Shown in pieces: positions 1-11,321 of a DNA stretch of 64,000 nt. The stretch comes from Okamejei kenojei. Its lineage: Eukaryota. The stretch covers positions 43,648,001-43,712,000 of the forward strand of contig CM069146.1 of the NCBI GenBank assembly GCA_035221665.1, given 5' to 3'. The translations under genes were made by a program, and so were the position numbers. Position 1 is the stretch's first letter. Each line of letters begins with the position of its first letter. Under the pieces are notes generated by a model, which saw only the letters and a list, made by a program, of their open reading frames with translations, did no database searches and was not told the origin of the DNA.

Positions 1-479
1 AAGCTGATGAAGAAAATCAGAAAAAAGTGATGCATAAGAATACACTGCAATTTATTGTCTGTTTAGATGGGCTAGATATAATTACAAAAATATAAAATAT
101 ACCATTAAAAAAATTACTTATGCTATTAAATAGTAGGCTTAACTCTGTGGTGAGTTTAATTGCCTAATTATGAATACATTTCGCAATTTTGAAATGCAAA
201 GTGGGGTTAAAATTGGCTTTTCCCAAAGGCTGATAGAGGAGCAATTCATTCTGTGGTGTGTCAATTCACAATTCATTGGTAATTGCTGCCTCATAACTGA
301 TCCTTGCATTAACATTAAGTGCCATCAAACCCTCTGCTATTCTGGCAGCAAAGTCTAAGCTTAATGTGCCTGAGCACCACCAAAGAGTTGTTTTAACGTG
401 CTACCAGTTGAGCTTATAGGACTTGATATTACAATCCCTACTATAATTGGCACCATTCTTAATATCTTGAGTGGGGGTA

Positions 480-1590
480 GGGGTAAAGACTTCATTGGGG
501 TCATCAGGTGGGCACCCTCCTTCCTTGGTGTTTTGTTGATAGGCCCACGACACCTCCAGAAGCCTCAACAGCTCCACTCCGTTTTACCCCTCTTGCTGAT
601 CATTTTGCTGCCCAGTTGGAATCCTTCCTCTTCAGCCACAGCCAGTTGCTGCTTTGCTCGGCATCCTCTGCCAGCGACATGACGGCTGGCCGGAAGGCCT
701 GTCTTCGAACTCCCATTCCCTTCAGGAGTCTGTCTGGTTGTTGACATGGCTACAAAGGTTAAGGGACAGAGGTTTCGGGGTAATGTGAGGGGGAACTTCT
801 TTACTCAGAGGGTGGTGGCTGTGTGGAATCAGCTTCCAGCAGAAGTGGTGGAGGCAGGATCGATTTTAACATTTAAGAGTAAAGTGGATAGGTATATGGA
901 CGTGAAGGGAATGGAGGGGTATGTTCCGAGTGCAGGTAGATGGGCCTAGGGGAAAACAAATGGTCGGCACGGACTGGAAGGGCCGAGAGGGCCTGTTTCC
1001 ATGCTGTAATTGTTATATGGTTATATGGTTATATGGTTACAAATCCTCCACAACCAACCTCTACAGTAAGCACCTGGGTACGCCAGCCACGTTGTTCTGC
1101 CTTGGCTGCTAAGCCTGAATACTTCAGACATTTGCATTCATGCACTTCACCAACTGCAGCCTCCCAAGGCACAGTTAACTCCACGAAGTACAGGGACTTC
1201 TGTGAGGTTGACCACAAGATCAGGTCCGGCTTGAGATTAGTTGTGATGGTCTCTGGTGGAAAGATGATCTTCTGGTCTAGATCAGCCTGCATTTTCCAGT
1301 CCTGGGCAGTGTCCAGGAGGGTCGGTTCCTTTCTTGCAAATGGCTTCTCTGGAAGTTGTCCTGCCTTTACAAAAGGGTGGTGTTTGAGAAACCAGACGTT
1401 GGGGGAGGGAGGGCATTGGTGGTAGTTCTCCTTCCTTCCAAGGTAATCGCCAGTTGTCGCAGGACCTGATTGTGCCTCCAGGTGTAGCGGCCTTGTGAAA
1501 GACTGGTTTTGCAGCCAGTGAGGATGCACCGTAATGTTGCTGGAGTTTGGCAGAGAGAACATGATGGATTAAGCTGTAATTTAATCTCAC
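480..1590 (-). mobile_element. 3' fragment of an RLE-endonuclease non-LTR retrotransposon (HERO-like, R2 superfamily), frameshifted and split by a CR1 insertion
   Basis: Minus-strand peptides: Zn-knuckle CSLCQTPATLRCILTGC followed by RYTWRHNQVL; PDLILWS..YFVELTVPWE..KY..L..GW..VEVGCGGF (PD-(D/E)xK restriction-like endonuclease). After the insert it continues as ..LKGMGVRRQAFRPAVMSLAEDAEQSSNWLWLKRKDSNWAAK* (stop at 600-602). Confidence 0.85.
757..1032 (+). mobile_element. 5'-truncated CR1-clade LINE 3' end inserted into the RLE element
   Basis: FFTQRVVAVWNQLP CR1 C-terminus, (TTATATGG)3 tail at 1013-1036, flanked by ATGG(C/T)TACAAA at 746-756 and 1033-1043. Confidence 0.9.
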
Positions 1591-1677
1591 GAGCAGTGAA
1601 TTTAAAGAATTTAAGAACTACATAATCTGACACTCCATCACCAAAGAATCCAAATTAGGTATTCATCATGTAAAAAC

Positions 1678-1842
1678 AAAGAACTGTGGATGCTGCTCTA
1701 TACCGAAGATAGACACAAAGTGTTGCCGTTACTCAGCGGATGAGGCAGCATCTCTGGATTCATACTGGTCCGAAGTAGGATCCTGACCCGAATGAAACGT
1801 CACCCATCCTTTTTCTCCAGACATGCTGCCTGACCAACTGAA
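1678..1842. mobile_element. Penelope-derived fold-back terminal repeat fragment
   Basis: gaactg..gatgctg..actcagcgg..ggcagcatctctgga arm and its inverted counterpart, with a degenerate hammerhead-like core; same family as 51400-51545. Confidence 0.7.
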
Positions 1843-1874
1843 TTCATCATGTTATATCACTGTGTGGAGTAGCT

Positions 1875-1995
1875 TCACAGTGTTGCAGCGGTAGACTTGC
1901 TGCCTTTTAGCTCCGGAGACCTGGGTTCGATCCTGACTACGGGTGCTTGTCGGTACGGAGTTTGTTCTTTCTCCACATGACCTCCATGGGTTTCC
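1875..1995 (+). mobile_element. tRNA-derived V-SINE (HE1-like), 5' part
   Basis: A-box-like gcagcggtaga, B-box GGTTCGATCC at about 1924-1933, V-domain ggagtttg..tctcc. Confidence 0.8.
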
Positions 1996-2260
1996 AGGAG
2001 AACATGGAAGACATGGATAGGTGACGTTTTGAATCGGGACCAGGATCTGACCAGCAGTGCGGACTGATCTGTTGAGTTATCCCAGCACTTTGTGTACTTT
2101 TCAGCTAATTAAGATATTTGGATTGGAATCTATTTACATTAGACCGTATTAGGCCGGGTTTTCCAACGTACAGCAAAATTAAAGTTTTATATGTCTATTT
2201 ATGGGACGATATCCCTACCCAACTTCTCTTAGGAATAATTTGACCTTTCCTCTGTGACCC

Positions 2261-2662
2261 GGATGAGCGTTTGACGGCACTGAGCCTGTACTCGCTGGAG
2301 TTTAAAAATGATGAGGGGGGACCTCATTTAAACTTACTGAATAGTGAAGGGCTTGGATAGAGTGGATATGGGGAGGATGTTATAGCCTCAGAATTAAAGA
2401 ATGTTCCTTTAGTAAGATGAGGAGGAATTTCTTTAGTCAGACGGTGGTGATCTGTGGAATTCTTTGCCATAAAAGGCTGTGGAGGCCAAGTCAATGGATA
2501 TTTTTAAGGCAGAGATAGATAGATTCTTGATTAGTACGGGTGTCAGGAGTTATGAGGAGAAGGCAGGATAAAGTAGAGAGAGATAGATCAGCCATGATTG
2601 AATGGTGGATTAGATGATGGGCTGAATGGCCTAATTCTGCTCCTATCACATGTGACCTTATG
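2261..2662 (+). mobile_element. CR1-clade LINE 3' fragment
   Basis: Degenerate LYSLEF..RGDL..FFSQ.VV.LWNSLP coding sequence plus 3'UTR (gatcagccatgattgaatgg..tggcctaattctgctcct). Confidence 0.85.
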
Positions 2663-4929
2663 ACCGAATTGCAGCTTCTCTTGCCACTCACTACTACAAT
2701 TGGTTCCCTCTCCCAAACATGACGTGTTATCGAGCTTCCAGTCTCCAAAATGCTGATCTCAATTTGCCCGGAAAGTCATGAATTGTAAGCCATCTTCCTG
2801 ATTTCTGATGGCTTTGCCCTTTGGCGCTGTCTCCAGCCACATGCTGCTAGGATCTACGATGAGTAACCGGTTTTCATGCTTTGCACATGGCTGCCCTTTG
2901 TCCAATTATTAGACATGGAAAAGGACAAGAAGAGTGTGGAATTCTGCTGTTCAACTTGGCAGCATTTTCTCATCCTTAGTCTTCATGAATTTTCACAGTG
3001 TTACCATGTTCTGCATGGTTTCCCCTTGATATAAGACACTGTGTTTCAAAGTCTGAGACTACCAGCATCTAAGGGAACTGAAACCTCTTTAGGCTGGTTA
3101 TTATGTTGAAGTGTTGTCAGTCATTTATCGTTATAATGAAATAGCCTCCAGTATTGCAGCATTAAATCTACTCACACGCCAGCAGCAGCTTTATACCAGG
3201 CTGGTATTATTACTGAAATAAATACTTCTCTGTCTACCATTGTGTGCCCAATTCCCACTACACAAACTTCCTTTCGTTTTAATGTATTGCCTTAAAAAAC
3301 TATAATGCTTTTCACTATATTTACTTGACTATATATTTAAAATGTATAAACATATATTTAAAATATTTTCAATATTTAAATATATCCTTGACTTATTATT
3401 CTGATGTCTAATGGTTGCACTAGTCATTTTGAAAGTGAGCTTGTATAAACATTTTCATGTCCATCAAAGTTGAAGCTGGGATGAATCTCGTAACCACATT
3501 CTAAACACAATCAAGCTGAATTGTTGCACAAGTTCAAAATGAAAAGCAGTCGTGTTGATTGTGTTGTCACTAGCTCTGAATGACAATTAATATCCAAGCT
3601 GAAGAAATCAATGATAATCATTATTCTTTTCATTCTCAGATAGTGCAATGGAAATGGGTGGAAATTATTTCTATATTTTTTCTAACATAGAATGGCCACT
3701 TTTTAAACATACTGTAGTTGCAAGGCTGATTTATACTTTTATATCTTTGAGTATTGTAACATTGTCCACAATAAACTTGAATATATCAGACACTGTGGCA
3801 ACCCTCAAGTTGCACCTGTACTCTGTATGTAAATACAGCTCCACAGTTATTTTTATTCACAGTATAACCCTCATCTACATGAGTAGTTGAAAAATGCATG
3901 CATTCTGCTGCATAATATTTCTGTTGGATGTGAAATGTGATTGTTTTGTAATTTTAGAGGTTAATTAGTTTAGCAGAAATGACATGCAGCAAGTGGAATA
4001 AAAATTGATGTATTAAATGGTTGCTGAACTTTGAGCTCACCGTGGACATGAATTACTTCAGTAAAGTCGAATGAAAAAATATCTTGTAATTCATCAAAAT
4101 AAATACATAAAAAGCACTGCGGCACAAATTCTCTGGAACTTTTAAATTACAAAGACCTGTGAGGTAAAGGGCAAAAAAAAAAATCATTAAATGAATCGTT
4201 GGTTGTACACAATTGTCACAGCACAGTATTCTCAATACAAATAATTTAATCTGTTCACTGTGAGGTAAAACTGAGCTCTCTTTGATCTGAACAACTCACT
4301 TTTTACAGTCTGCATTCTATGTAAAATGAAACATCTGCAATCTGCCCTAATAAATCAAAGTTCCTGCTTCAGTGGGTGACAGTAAGCAAATGATGTCTGA
4401 AATAAATCAGCCTTGCAGCTACAAGTTATAAAAGGTGCCCCAGGGCAGTGACCTGAATTTATTTGCATCAATCTTGGCTTTCCTTATGCCGAAACATAAA
4501 AACCTAAAAGTGTGCTCTTGTGTACAAGATGATTCACAGTGATTAGTTACTCCACTCCCAAATCCCTAATCCACTGCCCAACACTCTGCAATCTTTGCAA
4601 AGGTGGGAAATGGATAAGGAAAGATCTTTATGGAAATGTTTGGATGTTCAAGGGCAATTCCGATGTACATGAGCCCAGTAGAACATTGGAACCTCAATCC
4701 AATTTGGCATGGCTGCCAAATGTATGACTTTGCAAAGCATGAAAATAAATATTTTTAACTCAAATTAGCGATCATTACAAAAAAGTGAATTTAGTTTTGA
4801 TTTTATGCCAATGGACTGAAGTAATGCATGGGCATGATTACTAATTCCCATGTAAGCGTGGATTGGATGGAGTAATAGAGATGTCAAGGAATTTGTTTTC
4901 CTTAGCCATGACCAACACAGAAAAGGATT

Positions 4930-5125
4930 ATGTAAGAAGGAACTGCAGATACTGGTTGAAACCAAAGATAGACTCAACATGCTGGAGTGACTCAGCGGGA
5001 CAGGCAGCAACTCTGGAAAGAAGGGATGGGTGACATTTTGAAGAAGAGTCTTGACCCGAAACGTCACCCATTCCTTATCTCCAGAGATACTGCCTATCCC
5101 GCTGAGTTACTCCAGCATGTTGTGC
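4930..5125. mobile_element. Penelope-derived fold-back terminal repeat
   Basis: Inverted arms gctggagtgactcagcgggacaggcagc / tgcctatcccgctgagttactccagc around tgaagaagagtcttgacccgaaacgtc. Confidence 0.8.
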
Positions 5126-5499
5126 CAATAAAGGAATAATTGGTTTCAACAATGGTATTTATATGCTTACCTATTGAAACCAAAATTTGGTCAAATTAAT
5201 TTAGCAGGACTGGTTTAATGTCCTTGAACGGTCATTTCCAATCATGCTCAGGATGCAAGGCTCCAGTACCTCGTAGCAAATGAACAAACCATCTGGCGTT
5301 ATTTCAAGAATTATGTGGCACATTTACAAATGAATCATTTCCTGACCGAAGCATTTGGGCCATGAATTCTACAGCTGGAAATATGTTGCGAGACATCATA
5401 ATTTTCATTGAAGTTATTCAACGAGGGGGAAAAAATAAAATCTGCAATGCTTGCACTGATAACTATGGCAAACAAATTGCCACAGATGTTAGTTTCGAC

Positions 5500-5820
5500 A
5501 GTTTAGTTGAGTTTCACAGATATAGCGTGGAATCAGGCCCTTCGGCCCACCGAGCCCATGCTGATCATCAATTACCCGTGCCCTCATTATATGTTATTCC
5601 AGTTTTGTTTCTGACATACTAAGGACAATTTTCAGAAGCCATCTAACCAGCCAACCTGCATGCTTTTGGAATATAGGAGGAAAGTGGAACACCCAGAGAA
5701 AACCCACGCAGTCACAGGGAGAACATAGAAACTCTGCACGGAGCGCACCCATTACCAGGATTGAACCCGGGTCTCTGGCGCTGTGAGACAGCAGTTCTAC
5801 AACTGTGCCACTGTACCGTC
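5500..5820 (-). mobile_element. V-SINE (HE1-like), near full length
   Basis: Reverse-complement tRNA head (B-box gggttcaatcc), V-domain, CR1-derived tail gggcctg.ttccacgct.tatct ending in (AAACT)n. Confidence 0.85.
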
Positions 5821-7077
5821 CAGGGTGGTCAGCATGAACCTGATGGGCTGAAGGGTGCCTTATGTGGTTATAATGGTGATGAAAGTGTCAGCATTTAGTG
5901 TGGCTTCTTGCAAAACTGAGGGCAAGTTATGAACCAAGTGCAGGAGCAGTTAATCTGAAAACTAAGAAGTTCTTGTGATTGATTCTGTGCTATTCGAAAT
6001 AAAAGGTTGGCTTCTTCAATATAATATTTCAGAACTCATTGGATTGTGTGCAATGTAGATATTTATGAATTGTTTGCTGGTGAACTGTTGTTCAGTATCC
6101 TGTAAATATTATGTGTGTTATCTGTGATATGAACAATTTATTATCATGCTGAACCATAACTGACTTTGCAAATGAAATTCCTCGTATGTTGCAAAACATA
6201 CTTGGCTAATAAAGTATTATTGTGATTGTGATTAATGCTGCACAACTTCTATTGTCCTAAAAATAAACAAGTTTTATAAGAGGATTATAAATCAGATATC
6301 CACTAATCACTTCAAAATGTAATAGATATCAACAATCTTAGCAAGTAAAATAGACAGATAAAAGGAACTGCAGATGCAGGTTTACAAAAAAACACAAGGT
6401 GCTGGAGTAACTCAATGGGTCAGGCAGCTTCTCTGGAGGACATGGAGAGGTGATGTTTCAGATTGTGTTATAAGCAAAATAATGATCAGCATTTAATTTT
6501 GTACAATTGTATACAAAGTGTACAAGGAGGACATTTGACCTGTTGACAGTGAAATCCCATTCCGCTTTTAATTTTCCCTGTCATCTAATGCATATCCACA
6601 TTTTCACTAATTTCCAGACTTCCCTATACTGGGGGCAATTTAGAGTGGCTAGTTATCAATCCACAATTCTTTTGGAATGTGAGAAGTCTTCCATTGGTTT
6701 GGATGCTCAGCCTGCATGATGTGTTGGATTGTGGTTGATCAAACCACCTCTTGTGCTCATGCACAATATTGCACGGTATTCCTGCAAATCTACGGGACTT
6801 CACACAGATCTACAAGCTGAACCAATTTCCATGTCTGGCTATCACTGTTGTCCATAAGTAGCACCCGGACCTGGGATGATGAAAACAGAAAGTACCAGAG
6901 ATAGTCAGAGGATGAGGTAACATCTATAGACATTTCAAGTCAGAGAGCATTGATCAAAACTGGGCAAGAGAGAAAAATTGCACAGAGAGTGGGGGAGGCA
7001 TGGCGAGGGCAAAAAGATTACAGTATCTCTGAAAAGCTGATGCTCGGGTTTTCGTGGAGTTAAGCTATGGAGTTACA

Positions 7078-7330
7078 GCTGCTATCAGGCAACTGAACCA
7101 TCCTATCAATAAATAGTCCTGAGCTACTATCTACCTCATAAGAGACCCTCTGATTATCTTTAATCAGACTTTACTGGACTTTATCTTGCACTAAACGTTT
7201 TTCTCTCTATCATGTATCTGTGCACTGTGGATGGCTCGATTGTAATCAAGTATTGTCTCTGCATTGACTGGTTAGCACGCAACAACAACAACACTGTACC
7301 TCAGTACATGTGACAATAAACTAAAATAAA
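7078..7330 (+). mobile_element. Rex1/Babar-like LINE 3' end
   Basis: cagctgctatcaggcaactgaac ORF end and 3'UTR ending cactgtacctcagtacatgtgacaataaa; homologous to 16885-17165. Confidence 0.65.
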
Positions 7331-7531
7331 ACAAAAAACTGTGTTTGCTAAGGACAGTTTGAGAGAGAAAAACAGCAAGAGATATAAAAGCTGTGAAATA
7401 CAGAGCAAGTATGAAATGTCCAGCAGGGCAGGTCATGCCAGTGGAAAGCAATGAAATGAACCAATGTTACAGATGGATGAGGTGGCATTATGATGTGGAC
7501 AGAGAAAACAAAAATGTTCAAACTAGACCTT

Positions 7532-7872
7532 CAAGTCAAGTCAAGTTTATTCAGTGAAATGAAAAGTGCCAATGCTTGTGGATTATGCAAAAAACTACAA
7601 AACAGAATGGAACAATCAGTAATTACATATTTGTGGTGAAAAAAAGAAAAAACAGCAATTTTTAAAAAAGACACCACACAGCAGTAAATTGGTACAGTAA
7701 GTTAGTCCCTGGTGGGATAGGAGTTTACAGTTCTAATGGCCACTGGGAAGAAACTCCTTCTCATCCTCTCTGTTTTCACAGCATGGCAATGGAGGTGTTT
7801 GCCTGACCATAGCAGCTGGAACAGTCTGTTGCTAGGGTGGAAGGGATCCCACATAATGTTGCTGGCTCTGGA
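7532..7872 (-). mobile_element. Rex1/Babar-like LINE 3' fragment
   Basis: (GACTT)n tail; minus strand encodes HP.NRLFQLL.SGK.L..HAV.TERMRRSFFP.AIR-like C-terminus. Confidence 0.6.
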
Positions 7873-8271
7873 TCATTCATTCATATCCTGCTGGCCTCTT
7901 GAAAGCTCTTGCTGATAATGGCTTCATTTTCCAAAATGTTATTATCAGGGAAGATCAGAGACATTTAAAAACAATTGAGACAGATTTGAACAGTCAAAAA
8001 AACTATTACAAAATAACACATAACTTATGATTTAAACATTTTTATAACCTTAATTACCTGGAAAATAAACAACAAACCAGTCACCCATATTACTTTTCTA
8101 ATGTAGACAAATGAACGCTGTTCAAATGAATGGGTCTGTACTAGATTCAACACCCAAGACTAGTGTAAAGCTGTGGGGGTGGATGCACTTTGCAAAGTGA
8201 TTCAACTTTGCTTGACAAGGGTCTGCTCAACCCCGAGTCCAGCAATAAAATTAGATGCCAAATGTGTTTGG

Positions 8272-8520
8272 TAAAATGTGTAGGAAGGAACTGCAGATGC
8301 TGGTTTACACTGAAGATAGGCACAAAATACTGGAGTAACTCAATGCAACATCTCTGGAGAGAAGGAATAGGTGATGTTTCAGGTCGAGGCCCTTCTTCAG
8401 ACTGAGAGCACTCAGACCCACTTATTCTGAAGAAGGGTCTCGACCCAAAACGTCACCTATTCCTTTCCTTGGAGTTGCTGCCTGACCCGCTGAGTTACTC
8501 CAGCATTTTATGTAAATCTG
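8272..8520. mobile_element. Penelope-derived fold-back insert with two opposed hammerhead-like cores and a TSD
   Basis: Inverted arms; cores at 8373-8400 (-) and 8427-8454 (+); flanked by AAATGT(G/A)TTTGG at 8260-8271 and 8521-8532. Confidence 0.85.
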
Positions 8521-9382
8521 AAATGTATTTGGCTCTTGTTCTCTGGTGCATTCTTGACATGCTCTGCAGCACAGACACAAACACCAGGCATCGGCTCCCC
8601 AGTGCTCTGCAGTTAGCCAGAGGATCTCAATGGAACTGCTAAGTGATGATCAGTACTTTTCAACCGCATGGCAAAATTATTGTTGCAATCAAGGGATACT
8701 GTTAATCTAATGCTTTAAACTACATCGTTGAAAGCAACTTTCTTTCAGATCACAACCATGTGCTAATTGCAAAGTCCAAGGTATTACATTTTGTTCACAT
8801 ATTTTACAAGCCATTGATTATGATTGTTCCTCTGACCACACTGAAGAATTGCTGAAGGATATTTAAAGAAATACCTAAGCCACAGTTTTCCACGTGATGC
8901 ACAGCCAAGAGAACTCTTTATTCCCTGCCACATTTTATATATTCTTTCCTCTTTGAAAGAGAGTCGTGAATGTTTGAAGTATTACGCTTTAGCAATTAGT
9001 AAATTTATTATTTTAAATATTGCTTGTTGCAACTTGGTGATATTTATCCTTGTCCACGATGATTATGGATGTTAAGAAATCGATGGTCTTATTCTAGACT
9101 GTGTTATACAGCCGCTGTGCTTTTTTAAATTATGGAGAGATTGTGAGCCCACCAGAAGTTTTTGAGATGAGGCCATCAGTATTCTGATTGCCAAAAATAG
9201 TGAGCTTCTGAGCACAGACAGGAGGAAAAGTACACTGAAACACGAAGGGGAAAAAACTTGCACTTGTAAGTTGGAAAAAGTCTTGTTCCAGGTATTAAAT
9301 CAGACAGGCCCTTCGAGGAATATAAAGAAAGCAGTAAAGAGTTCAAACAGTGAATTAGGAGGGGCAGGTGGCATTTGTGGTT

Positions 9383-9940
9383 AGAAACATAGAAACATAG
9401 AAATTAGGTGCAGGAGTAGGCCATTCAGCCCTTCGAGCCTGCACCGCCATTCAATATGATCATGGCTGATCATCCAACTCAGTATCCCGTACCTGCCTTC
9501 TCTCCATACCCTCTGATTCCCTTAGCCACAAGGGCCACATCCAACTCACTCTTAAATATAGCCAATGAACTGGCCTCAACTACCCTCTGTGGCAGAGAGT
9601 TCCAGAGACTCACCACCCTCTGTGTGAAAAAAGTCTTTCTCATCTCAGTCTTAAAGGATTTCCCCCTTATCCTTAAGCTGTGACCCCTTGTCCTGGACTT
9701 CCCCAACATCGGGAACAATCTTCCTGCATCTAGCCTGTCCAACCCCTTAAGAATTTTGTAAGTTTCTATAAGATCCCCTCTCAATCTCCTAAATTCCAGA
9801 GAGTATAAAACCGAGTCTATCCAGTCTTTCTTCATAAGACAGTCCTGACATCCCAGGAATCAGTCTGGTGAACCTTCTCTGCACTCCCTCTATGGCAAAT
9901 AATGTCCTTCCTCAGATTTGGAGACCAAAACTGTACGCAA
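9383..9940 (-). mobile_element. Young CR1-clade LINE 3' end
   Basis: ORF 9479-9835 YSLEFRRLRGDLIETYKILKG..FFTQRVVSLWNSLP..GYGEKAGTGY*; 3'UTR and (TTTCTATG)n tail. Confidence 0.95.
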
Positions 9941-10300
9941 AAGAATTTCACTGTGCTGTGCATACGTTACTATAAAAAAAACCCATTGAACAAAAGCGAC
10001 GAATTGCAGATGTGAAGTTCGTATTTAGCACCTTCTTTCCTCTGACGTCAAGCATACATTTACTACTTTGTCCTTGGGCCTCTTCCAAGTGAACCTTTAT
10101 TTTTTTTTAATGTATCTGTAAAATGCCTCAGGATTCTCTTCAATCTGCGCGCCAATGACATTTCATGGCCATTCCTGCCCCTCTCAATTCTCTGCTTGAG
10201 CTCTTTCCTGCTTTCTTTCTTTTCCTCAAAGGCTTGTGATTTCATTTTCCCAAATCTTTAAGGTTGGATTTGAGTCATTTTACACAAGCATAGACAGTTG

Positions 10301-10363
10301 AGCCTTAATTTCATCCATACAATAGTATGTTAAGCCTTAATTCATCCATACAATAGTATGTTA
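10301..10363. repeat. Tandem duplication, 32/31-bp unit
   Basis: agccttaat(t)tcatccatacaatagtatgtta present twice. Confidence 0.9.
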
Positions 10364-10739
10364 AAAGGAATTTTTTTTGAAAGATTGAAAATTTTCACCT
10401 TTGCCAACACTTTTTCTTTAAAAAGTTAAATTGAATTAGTATACTGAATTTCATTGAAAAATTGGAATTGTAACAGGAACATTTCCAGCTGCAACATATA
10501 CCACTTCCAGTAAAATGTAAAAGAAAATTAAAGCAGTAATGAACTTTTGAATGGAAACTGATAATTATTGTGAGCCAAAGATATAAACATGATGTGTTGT
10601 TTTGCAATTCAAATAACGATGTACAGGAAATCACAGTGAATAAAATTATGGATATTGTGCTATGTTTTCATTTGACATTTGGCTTGCAGAATTAAGTTTA
10701 AAGTTTTGGGAACCGTACTTTTCTGCTTTCTTTAGTAAG

Positions 10740-10890
10740 GGTAGAGGTCTGATTAGTAATGGTGTCAGGGATCATGGGATGAAGGCAGGAGAACGGGGCT
10801 GAGAGGGAAAGATAGATCAGCCATGATTCAATGGCAGAGCAGACTTGATGGGCCAAATGGCCGTATTCTGCTCCTATCACTTATGAACAT
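10740..10890 (+). mobile_element. CR1 3' end fragment
   Basis: gatcagccatgattcaatggcagagcagacttgatgggcc..ttctgctcctat 3'UTR. Confidence 0.8.
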
Positions 10891-11321
10891 GAATATTATC
10901 TGGGCAATATTGTTGAAAGAGTTTGGTATGTCCTGGAATGGTAGTTGCCAAAATGAATGTTATTGCCTTTTATCTTGTGGATGTTTTTTTTTTCATGTAC
11001 AAACTCAAAGTGATGATGTAAAGTAGTCTGCATCCCATGTAATTTAAAATAAAAGGGTTTGTGCTGCACCATTTTCATGCATAATTGTAAATAGATCAGT
11101 TGGATGTAATCAAATTGAATATGATATTGAAGCTGGCTGTTTCCACAAAATTTACAATAACTTTGTTAATTACAGATGGTAAATCAACAATTTCAGGGTG
11201 ATAGACTGAAGAATGGGAGACTATATTGATGGAAAAAAATATTGAAAATCAAAGATAATAAGAGAAATGTCTAAGATCAAAAACATTGATTCCAGAAAAT
11301 AAATGGTTGTGTGATAAAGCT

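Noticed and set aside
940-1425. 161-aa plus-strand ORF
   Set aside because: Antisense shadow of the RLE retrotransposon, fused to a CR1 tail.
9295-10250. Oppositely oriented CR1 linker fragments (about 9295-9365 + and 10065-10245 -) as a structured inversion
   Set aside because: Short and diverged, with no defined junctions; independent fragments of an abundant family are sufficient.
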